DNA of 64,000 bases. It comes from a virus. Lineage: Duplodnaviria; Caudoviricetes. Under the pieces are notes generated by a model. It was given only the letters and a program-made list of their open reading frames with translations. It searched no databases and was not told where the DNA came from. The stretch is from IMG/VR virus record IMGVR_UViG_3300028591_000082. One strand, 5' to 3'. Position numbers and translations under genes: made by a program. This document shows positions 17,768-24,962 of the stretch, piece by piece (the first letter of the stretch is position 1; the number at the start of each line of letters is the position of its first letter).

Positions 17768-18058
17768 TTAACATTCACGCACTAATCGATCTTCGGCTTT
17801 ATATTCCAACTGATCGATTTGAGCCTGCGTTAATTCTACATTGTACTTTGTTTCGTACAGGGTGCAGAAATCCTCAAAACACTCTTGAAAAGAATAGTAT
17901 CTTTCCTTTTTCAAAAATGTTTTTTTGGTAATATCACTGTAAACACCTATACAATAAATGCCTTTATACATATAAAGCATAACTGTTTGCATACCTATAA
18001 CAAAACGGAAATCGACACTGTCATCGTTGACGATAATTTCTTTTGAAGCCTTCCACAT
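17768..18058 (-). CDS. Hypothetical cassette protein (starts MWKASKE)
   Basis: Box A promoter, GAGGTG SD. Confidence 0.75.
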   Translation of the reverse strand: MWKASKEIIVNDDSVDFRFVIGMQTVMLYMYKGIYCIGVYSDITKKTFLKKERYYSFQECFEDFCTLYETKYNVELTQAQIDQLEYKAEDRLVREC

Positions 18059-18178
18059 CTTTATCACCTCGCACCAACAGTATAACAAGATCAATCTGAT
18101 TGAGCAGGGTGCAACACTGCCACTGTGTTATAATTTGAACACCACTTTTTCAAGTGGTAGGGGCTTTCGCCCCTAGAC

Positions 18179-18583
18179 TTAGGCAACCAAGGCTACCTGC
18201 AACCTACTTGCTACATAGGCTACAGCCCACCTAGAAGATTCGCCATTTTGGTTTTTACATACGATAGGGTATGTTCGGGCACGATTATTCCAGTCAAGAA
18301 TACGCCAGGTATTCCCCTTTTCATCACGCCATTTTAAGCCGATGACTACTTTAGGAACATCACGATAATAACACCATAAAGCGTCATGAATTTTGGCATT
18401 TGCGAAATCGTCGATTTTAAGAGAGCCGTCGGTATTTTTTTCGACAGTTTCAATAGTAATCTTCAAGCCAGTATCTGAATAAGTAATACGAGATCTAGAC
18501 ATCTCATTATTAAACTCAGCCAATAAACCACTAAGCATAGAATCAAGTCTAGCATGGAAAACTTTACAAGTTGATTTATCCAT
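18179..18583 (-). CDS. Hypothetical cassette protein, ends ALVA
   Basis: Box A promoter, GAGGTG SD. Confidence 0.8.
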   Translation of the reverse strand: MDKSTCKVFHARLDSMLSGLLAEFNNEMSRSRITYSDTGLKITIETVEKNTDGSLKIDDFANAKIHDALWCYYRDVPKVVIGLKWRDEKGNTWRILDWNNRARTYPIVCKNQNGESSRWAVAYVASRLQVALVA

Positions 18584-18710
18584 TTTATCACCTCACATCT
18601 TTATTATAATCTGCTCGGACTAACCGAGCAGGGTGCAGCACCACAACTGTGTTGTAATTTGAATACCGCAAATAAGAGCACCACCCTTTCGGGTGGTGTA
18701 GAGTGTGATG

Positions 18711-18992
18711 TTATGCGGTCATTAAAGATACTTCTCCGAGTGGAGAATGCACCCGTCTATGGCAGTTCGCACAAAGGCACACAAAGTTGTTTATATCGTT
18801 TTTACCACTTACTGCAAGTGGAACGATATGGTGGAGTTCAATGACATATTTGTCTCTTTCTCCACAAATCTGACATTCATACCCAAGACGCTCTTTAATT
18901 CGTCTAATGGTTGCCATTTTAGGTCTATCTCGTTTTATCGGAAAGTGATGGCAAATACGCTCGTACTCGCTCATTTTGTGTCCTTTCTTCAT
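18711..18992 (-). CDS. Small HNH endonuclease
   Basis: CQICG...ELHHIVP...G.N..NNFVCLCANCHRRVH. Confidence 0.85.
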   Translation of the reverse strand: MKKGHKMSEYERICHHFPIKRDRPKMATIRRIKERLGYECQICGERDKYVIELHHIVPLAVSGKNDINNFVCLCANCHRRVHSPLGEVSLMTA

Positions 18993-19066
18993 AAACTTGC
19001 CCCCTTAGTTTATTATGTCTTATGCCCTTATTATACTCGGCTAGCACTAGCCGAGCAGGGTGCAGA

Positions 19067-19198
19067 TTAGAACAGAGCCGAATGTCTTTTCTTAATCCAC
19101 GAATGTATTTCTGTTACTGCAAGATAGATTGTAAGCACTACAAGAGCAGGTACTGCCACGAGTGTTTCTACTGAAAACTGATTAAGCCACTGTATCAT
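19067..19198 (-). CDS. 43-aa single-pass membrane peptide
   Basis: Manual translation MIQWLNQFSVETLVAVPALVVLTIYLAV...; box A promoter and GAGGTG SD. Confidence 0.65.
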   Translation of the reverse strand: MIQWLNQFSVETLVAVPALVVLTIYLAVTEIHSWIKKRHSALF

Positions 19199-19253
19199 TT
19201 TATCACCTCACGACTATAGTATACCCCATTCGCACTAGGCGAACAGGGTGCAA

Positions 19254-19427
19254 TTAACAGATACTACTCCAAGAAGTATAGTAAGAACAAAAGCCAAGAG
19301 CATTTAATCCCATACAGATTTCTCTTGCATCCCAACGAGCCAAATCTTTTGCAACAAGTCTTTCAACACCATTCTCTCTGATGTAGACATTACTAAGAAG
19401 TTGCCAATGAAGTTTCTCTTTGTACAT
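19254..19427 (-). CDS. 57-aa cassette protein (MYKEKLHWQ...)
   Basis: Manual translation; box A promoter and AAGGAGG SD. Confidence 0.65.
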   Translation of the reverse strand: MYKEKLHWQLLSNVYIRENGVERLVAKDLARWDAREICMGLNALGFCSYYTSWSSIC

Positions 19428-19548
19428 ACTGTCCTCCTTACGCCTTTATTATAGCAATCATTGATTGATTGAGCAGGGTGCAACGCTGCAGCAATGTAGT
19501 AATACCAACCCCGCCCTTTCGGGTGGTGGGGCTTTCGCCCCTAGCGGA

Positions 19549-20007
19549 TTATTCAGTAGCGTATTTGATAAACTCATCATAGAGATTATGCTTTGCAAGG
19601 AAATCAAAAAGATAACAACTACCAACATAATCTTGTAAGGCTTCGTCGATTGCATTTTTTATACTATCGTTGCCATTTTCAATAAGTGTTTCAAGTTCTT
19701 TTTGAGTAAAATCTGTAATACTTGCAGAAACATGAACATTATCATCGATTGCTTCAACTAAAGCCCTTAAATCTTCATTGTTGTCAAATTCAACATCGTC
19801 CAAGAAAGTAATACCATCAATAGATTGTACAAGTTCAATGGCTAATCTTTCGCCATAGTCATTTGCATACTCTCCAAGATACCCGTAGTACTGACCACAG
19901 TCATCGCAAAAATACAATTTTTTGGCAATATCTAATTCATGGTCTTTAATCTGTTGCTTTTCCCAATCTTCAAGACCACAGAATGCTTTTGTTGTTTTTG
20001 TTTTCAT
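19549..20007 (-). CDS. Acidic cassette protein with CxxC
   Basis: Box A promoter, GAGGTG SD. Confidence 0.8.
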   Translation of the reverse strand: MKTKTTKAFCGLEDWEKQQIKDHELDIAKKLYFCDDCGQYYGYLGEYANDYGERLAIELVQSIDGITFLDDVEFDNNEDLRALVEAIDDNVHVSASITDFTQKELETLIENGNDSIKNAIDEALQDYVGSCYLFDFLAKHNLYDEFIKYATE

Positions 20008-20099
20008 ATCATCACCTCACGCTTTTATTATAACAAAGTTTGACTGATTAAACAGGGTGCAACGCTCACCCCGATGTAGTAATACCAACACCGCAAATA

Positions 20100-20350
20100 A
20101 AAAACCCTAGGGGTTATCCCCTAGGGGTAACTACCTACCTATACCATAGGTATTTCGGTAGGCAATCGGTAGACTCTTGCTAACATTAGAGCACGAGAAA
20201 TGCGAGTGGATTAAAGTGGCTACCCGTTCACTCGATTGTTTTCTTTAAGCCCTCGACCAACCTTGAATACGAGGGGCTATTGTCGTGCAAGCAGACGGAG
20301 GGTTTGTTACGCCATAGCCCACAACTACGTGAGGCTTTCGCCTCATTACA
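20100..20350 (-). ncRNA. About 250-nt ORF-less multi-hairpin RNA
   Basis: Promoter 20356-20390; GAGGC-GAAA-GCCTC, GGGCTAT/ATAGCCC, CCTCG/CGAGG, CGAGTG/CACTCG and CTACC/GGTAG stems; terminal CCCTAGGGG hairpin plus T-run. Confidence 0.55.
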
Positions 20351-20483
20351 TCTGTATTATACTATACTCCCATAATGAGAGCAGGGTGCAACACTACTTG
20401 GTGTAGTAATACCAACCCCGAGGTCGGCTCGGCAGAAAACCCGAGAGCCGACTTCTATTCCCACCCTTTCGGGTGGGGGCAGA

Positions 20484-20906
20484 TTATTCTGCCTTTTCTA
20501 CGCCAACAACCTTTGAGAAGTTGATGTAGCGAACACCTGTTGTTCCGTTAGGGGTATTACCCTCTGTGTATTCTACGGTAACAGTTGCTTCACCGATTTT
20601 TACGATAGGGAACTTGTATTCCTTAGCAAACTTGCCCGAACCACAGATAACGGTTACGATGTCGCCAACATTTGCTCCCTTAAGCAGAGCCTTACCATTT
20701 TCGATATTTTCGGCTTTCTGAGCCTCTCTCTGAGCCTTAGCCTGTTCTGCGAGAGATTCCTTAGCAGAAGTCTTGATTTTGCGGATTTCGTCGATAGCAC
20801 AGTCGAGCAAATCCTTATCAACACATTCAGCGTTGATACCCATAGCATTAAGACCATTTGCAACTTTTGCAACCAATTCAGAAGAAAAAACTTTCTTAGC
20901 GTTCAT
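20484..20906 (-). CDS. Coiled-coil + KOW/SH3-like protein, paralogue 3 of 3
   Basis: Same C-terminal domain and leader as 14049 and 15842. Confidence 0.8.
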   Translation of the reverse strand: MNAKKVFSSELVAKVANGLNAMGINAECVDKDLLDCAIDEIRKIKTSAKESLAEQAKAQREAQKAENIENGKALLKGANVGDIVTVICGSGKFAKEYKFPIVKIGEATVTVEYTEGNTPNGTTGVRYINFSKVVGVEKAE

Positions 20907-21205
20907 AAGACACTCCGTTTTGCCTAAGTAAACTTAGGACTTTTATTAGATTTTGTTTTGAGGAGCAACGCTCCCTTATGCCTTTATTGTACTCCGTTCG
21001 ACCTAGCCGAGCAGGGTGCAAGTTTTAGCCTTTTCCATAGAGTGAGGGGCGAACCCTCACTCAGCCATAAGACTGTTTCTCACTGCCTTACACCATTATT
21101 ATAGCAAGGTTTATAGACTTAAGCAGGGTGCAACTCGGCAGAGCCAGACCCTGGTGTAGTGATAGCAACCCCGCCCCCGACCCTTTCGGGTCGGTGTATA
21201 CTTTA

Positions 21206-21382
21206 TTAAACAAACATTCTGATTAGTTCATTAGCGAGTAAGAGTTTTTTCTTTTTGTCGCTATCCAAGATTTTTTTGTCAGAAACACTTTTAATTAAAG
21301 CACGAGCAATTGTAAGTTTCTGACTGTCGGTAATTGTATTGCCCAAGTCGGCAATAAGTTCAAGCAATTCGTCGTCGTTCAT
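21206..21382 (-). CDS. Small helical cassette protein
   Basis: Box A promoter, AAGGAG SD. Confidence 0.65.
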   Translation of the reverse strand: MNDDELLELIADLGNTITDSQKLTIARALIKSVSDKKILDSDKKKKLLLANELIRMFV

Positions 21383-21392
21383 ACGCAACTCC

Positions 21393-21599
21393 TTATGGCT
21401 TTATTATAATGCCCTTGCCACTATCGAGCAGGGTGCAACTCTCACCAACTTTCCTTATGACTTCAAAAGGAAGTACCATATTATCGCCAACGAAAGCAAC
21501 CCTTTTATCGCTACTGAAGGAAGTGATTATGCCTACAGATACAGTAGCCAAACTTTTATAAATGATTCTGTCGCCAACATTAAGTTTTTCGATAACCAT
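21393..21599 (-). CDS. Small beta-barrel-like cassette protein (VGDRIIY...)
   Basis: Box A promoter, AGGGGG SD; reads through the next promoter. Confidence 0.55.
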   Translation of the reverse strand: MVIEKLNVGDRIIYKSLATVSVGIITSFSSDKRVAFVGDNMVLPFEVIRKVGESCTLLDSGKGIIIKP

Positions 21600-21721
21600 A
21601 TCTGACCCCCTTACGCCTTTATTATACGCCAATCAATCGAGCCAAGCAGGGTGCAACTCCAACGACTGTGTTGTAATTCGAACACCGAAACTCACCGAGC
21701 GAACTCGGTGAGCAAGAGATG

Positions 21722-21925
21722 TTATGTGTTTATGTGTAAGTGATTTGCAATAGTGTTCTTACCCTTAATTTTAGCCTTATGGTATTCATAGCAAACCTTT
21801 GCTACATTTACCCCTATCATAAAAATGGCAGAAACAATTTTAATCGGTGTATTACCGAGTACCATTCCAACAAAAGAAATAGTCCTTACGAGTGTAGATA
21901 CAGATTCGATATAAAACTTTTCCAT
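21722..21925 (-). CDS. Small membrane cassette protein
   Basis: Box A promoter, GAGGTG SD, hydrophobic core. Confidence 0.65.
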   Translation of the reverse strand: MEKFYIESVSTLVRTISFVGMVLGNTPIKIVSAIFMIGVNVAKVCYEYHKAKIKGKNTIANHLHINT

Positions 21926-22015
21926 TTTATCACCTCACACCCATAGTATAACAAGGCTTGACTGATTGAGCAGGGTGCAAGTCGGCAACTGTGTTGTAAT
22001 TCGAACACCGAAAAT

Positions 22016-22303
22016 AAAAAAACTCACCACCCCCTGAGAGCAACGCCTGCTCTTGTGGAGATGGTGAGTGTAACTCAATACCCTTTTATTTTCGCCAAAA
22101 GGGTGAAAAGAACTCGGCGGTATTAGGCTCGCGAATGCCCACATCAACTGCAATAGTGATACTTTCCATTAAAGACAGAAACTTTTAATCTACTATGGCT
22201 TTCTACGATACCACTAACGGTAATCAAGGTCGTCAGATTACATGACGGATTTTGTAAGTGTTTTCTCACATAGACTGTCTATAGGAGGCTTTCACTCCCT
22301 TAT
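22016..22303 (-). ncRNA. About 285-nt ORF-less structured RNA with intrinsic terminator
   Basis: Promoter 22310-22344; GGAG/CTCC, CGTCA/TGACG and ACCCTTTT/AAAAGGGT stems; CTCACCA/TGGTGAG plus T7. Confidence 0.5.
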
Positions 22304-22345
22304 GCTTTTATTATACCCCATTCGTACTAGGCGAACAGGGTGCAA

Positions 22346-22531
22346 CTATGCTACAAGTTCCACATAGTCAATTACTTTTATGCAATAAACATCTGCCCTA
22401 GAAATCTTCTTGCCAAGTTTCTTAGACATCTTTTCAATATAGAAGGGCAACTTCATTTCGACATCTTCCTTAGAAGCGTTGTCGACAAGCACACATTCGC
22501 CCAACCAACTTCTTAAAATTATAGCAACCAT
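22346..22531 (-). CDS. Cassette protein, ends ELVA
   Basis: Box A promoter, AGGGGG SD; stop abuts the next box A. Confidence 0.7.
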   Translation of the reverse strand: MVAIILRSWLGECVLVDNASKEDVEMKLPFYIEKMSKKLGKKISRADVYCIKVIDYVELVA

Positions 22532-22651
22532 ATCTTGCCCCCTTACGCCTTTATTATAGCAAGGTTATTCAAACAGAGCAGGGTGCAACTCTACTACTGT
22601 GTTATAATTTGAATACCGTTTTGGAACGGTAGGGGCTTTCGCCCCTAGTCT

Positions 22652-22942
22652 CTAGTCGCTATCTTCAAGTCTTGTAAGATAGTCGTATTCTTTTAATTCC
22701 TTTTCAGTTGCAAACTGATACAGTTCGTCGTCGCGTATTGCAATAAAGAAAGGATTTTCTCTTTCAAAAAACTTGTAAAGAACATCAAGAGCATTTTTCT
22801 TACACTTCATTTCTTCAAGTTCTGATTCTGCAAATAAACCACCAACGCAAGTGTTCATTCTCAAATCATTCTCGTCGTTTATACTCCAACCCAAAAGGTA
22901 AGTAAGTTCACAAAAGAACTGTTTCTTTTCCAAATCAACCAT
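22652..22942 (-). CDS. Acidic cassette protein
   Basis: Box A promoter, GAGGTG SD. Confidence 0.7.
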   Translation of the reverse strand: MVDLEKKQFFCELTYLLGWSINDENDLRMNTCVGGLFAESELEEMKCKKNALDVLYKFFERENPFFIAIRDDELYQFATEKELKEYDYLTRLEDSD

Positions 22943-23053
22943 AACCACACCTCTTGCCCTAAGTATACTCCACTCACACCACCAAAACAGGGTGCAACAC
23001 CAACTATTGTGTTATAATTTGAATAGCGTAGGTGGGGCGTCTGCCCCTTTTAC

Positions 23054-23302
23054 CTATGCAACTTTTATATTGCGTACAATGAAATTGTTTTTCTTTTCTT
23101 TTTTGATAATCTTTATAAGACTAATTGAATTGATAACCAAGCAAGAGCCATTCATAAAAATCATACTAGGTAAGCCAAGCACGATAGCATAAACCAAGAA
23201 CATAATTCCACTTACTATTGCGATAGTACGGAAAATTTTCTGATTCTTTACACAGTATGTAACCAACACCAAGCAACTTGCAATAGTACTTAAAACTTCC
23301 AT
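23054..23302 (-). CDS. Small three-TM membrane protein, YgjV-like
   Basis: Hydrophobic pattern with K..R.I...FLVYA...N; family call is from memory. Confidence 0.6.
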   Translation of the reverse strand: MEVLSTIASCLVLVTYCVKNQKIFRTIAIVSGIMFLVYAIVLGLPSMIFMNGSCLVINSISLIKIIKKEKKNNFIVRNIKVA

Positions 23303-23357
23303 AACATCACCTCACGACAACAGTATACTATGCTCTCACTAGGAGAGCAGGGTGCAA

Positions 23358-23576
23358 CTATGCTACAAACTTGCAAACATCTACTGTCTTATATAAGTCG
23401 CATACTTTTTTTGACTTCAAATCTTTACAAAGTTTTTTGGCATACTGTCTTGCTTTTCTTTTAGAAGAAAAGTGTATTGCATTAGAGGGTCTGCCAACAA
23501 GAAAGCCACCGTTATCATAGTACATACGACCGTCCCAAGATTTTACTCCGACCAAATAATACTTGACTCTTTTCAT
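23358..23576 (-). CDS. Basic cassette protein, ends KFVA
   Basis: Box A promoter, GAGGTG SD. Confidence 0.7.
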   Translation of the reverse strand: MKRVKYYLVGVKSWDGRMYYDNGGFLVGRPSNAIHFSSKRKARQYAKKLCKDLKSKKVCDLYKTVDVCKFVA

Positions 23577-23704
23577 ACGCACCTCTTACCCATATTATAA
23601 CAACCATTGATCGATCGAGCAGGGTGCAACGCTGCCACTGTGTTGTAATTTGAATAACGAGTTGAGGGACAGATTGGCTCTGCCCCTTGTTCTATATCAC
23701 AGCG

Positions 23705-23845
23705 TTATCTCCACAGTAATGTTTCAGGGTTGTCTGCAATCTTTTTTGCCGAACCCTCGATTGCTTTATCCATATCATAGGTCTTAGCCTTGATAGCCTT
23801 CTTCAATGCGACAACTCTTCTGTGTCGCTCTGCTATTGTAATCAT
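23705..23845 (-). CDS. 46-aa FlgM-like (anti-sigma28) peptide, below ORF-track cutoff
   Basis: MITIAERHRRVVALKKAIKAKTYDMDKAIEGSAKKIADNPETLLWR; own box A promoter, AAGGAG SD and downstream hairpin; resembles the FlgM C-terminal consensus. Confidence 0.55.
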   Translation of the reverse strand: MITIAERHRRVVALKKAIKAKTYDMDKAIEGSAKKIADNPETLLWR

Positions 23846-23901
23846 AAGCAACTCCTTATGCCTATACTATACTCCCCCTAGGTTGAGGGAGCAGGGTGCA
23901 G

Positions 23902-24231
23902 TTAAAGCGTTATCTCTTTAAGAAGTTCAATAGATGATTTATCCTTGTACTTCTTTTCGTAGTAATACTTCCACTCTGCGAAGTAATAAAAACCATCTGA
24001 AGTGTTATTAGTATAGCAAGGCATTTTTAAGATGACTGCTTCTTTGAAACTATCATCATCGTTTTCAAAAGCCTTAAAGATTTCTGCATAAGCTCTGACA
24101 TTTTCCTCTGCTTCTTTGGCGGTGTCAAAGTTTTCATCAGCAATATTAAATGCTCGGTCTGTAAACTCGTTATAAATAATGTTATCCAAAACCTTAAAAG
24201 CATTATCGCTAAGCGTTATAGTTTTTTCCAT
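23902..24231 (-). CDS. Cassette protein (starts MEKTITLS)
   Basis: Box A promoter at 24250-24284. Confidence 0.7.
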   Translation of the reverse strand: MEKTITLSDNAFKVLDNIIYNEFTDRAFNIADENFDTAKEAEENVRAYAEIFKAFENDDDSFKEAVILKMPCYTNNTSDGFYYFAEWKYYYEKKYKDKSSIELLKEITL

Positions 24232-24287
24232 ATCATCATCTCTGACTAGAGTATAGTAACCCCACTGTGTGAGAGCAGGGTGCAAGA

Positions 24288-24500
24288 TTAGAAGAGTTCC
24301 ATAATGATAGATCCATTATCATCACCATAGCACTGTGGATTATTACAGTACCATTCATATTCTTCCCATGTTGGTTCTGTGCCTTTTTTGAAACACATCA
24401 TTTCATACTCTGCCCATGTGAAACAATCTTCATACTGTTCCTCTGCAAAGCAAGAACAACCAACCAATAACAAAGCAAGTATTAAAATAATCTTTCTCAT
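24288..24500 (-). CDS. Small exported acidic protein with signal peptide, leaderless
   Basis: MRKIILILALLLVGCSCFA; ATG 6 nt past the -10. Confidence 0.65.
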   Translation of the reverse strand: MRKIILILALLLVGCSCFAEEQYEDCFTWAEYEMMCFKKGTEPTWEEYEWYCNNPQCYGDDNGSIIMELF

Positions 24501-24640
24501 AGCCATAGTATATACAGTGGTGTATATACAAACAGGGTGCAGACTCCACCACCTGAGTTTGATTATGCACCCTGCTATAGCACCTCAATCTTTGTATAAT
24601 AAAGTTGTGAGGTGATAATATGAAGAAGTTCTAATTTGTT

Positions 24641-24961
24641 CCTGGCAGGGTATGTATATATACAGTACCCTGTGGGATAGGTGCCCCCGCATCTTCCAAC
24701 GCCGAAAGGCTTAAAAAGTTTATGCAGGGGGTGGGTAAAAAACTCCTGGCAGGGTTTACTATACATATATATAGTACTATGGTATGCCCCCACGCACTCT
24801 CCAATTGTATAAGGCTAAATGCCTACACAAAGAGCTAGTAAAAAGTTCCTGGCAGGGTTTCCACTATATAATGGTATGTGTATATAGTGCCCTCCGCTAT
24901 TCCTCCCCTCAAACTGCCATAAAAGGCTATAAAAAGGTATAGTGTTTTACTCCTGGCAGGG
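24641..24961. repeat. About 104-bp degenerate tandem repeat anchored by CCTGGCAGGGT
   Basis: Anchors at 24641, 24745, 24848, 24952; each unit has a TATA-rich palindrome, TGCCC(C/T)C and AAGGCT. Confidence 0.8.
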
Positions 24962-24962
24962 T

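Larger units (their letters stand above)
13966..23658. repeat. 'Box B' repeat RTGTWRTRATWNSAAY, usually 10-12 bp from box A
   Basis: Plus-strand starts 13966, 15476, 15664, 15745, 16635, 17064, 18125, 18649, 19494, 20074, 20401, about 21154, 21668, 21991, 22599, 23009, 23640. Confidence 0.75.
2..24600. promoter_or_regulatory. Dispersed repeat family 'box A' promoter: TGCACCCTGYT, with TGCACCC exactly 22 nt upstream of a TATAAT-like -10 (about 42 copies)
   Basis: Plus-strand GGGTGCA (or GGGTGTA/TGGTGCA) starts at 30, 2064, 3080, 5357, 6096, 7583, 10992, 14551, 14997, 15141, 15302, 15514, 15712, 15835, 16366, 16456, 16578, 16616, 17046, 17758, 17860, 18107, 18631, 19058, 19246, 19476, 20055, 20384, 21014, 21126, 21431, 21649, 21973, 22338, 22581, 22990, 23350, 23622, 23894, 24278, 24535 (all minus-oriented). 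One plus-oriented copy is at 24566-24600. Nearly all have ATTATA/AGTATA/ATTGTA at the 22-nt spacing, then a GAGGTG/AAGGAG SD and an ORF, or an ORF-less hairpin RNA. Confidence 0.85.

Noticed and set aside
14500-24600. CRISPR array interpretation of the box A/box B repeats
   Set aside because: Repeats are short and degenerate, intervals range from tens to hundreds of bp and contain ORFs, and no cas genes are present
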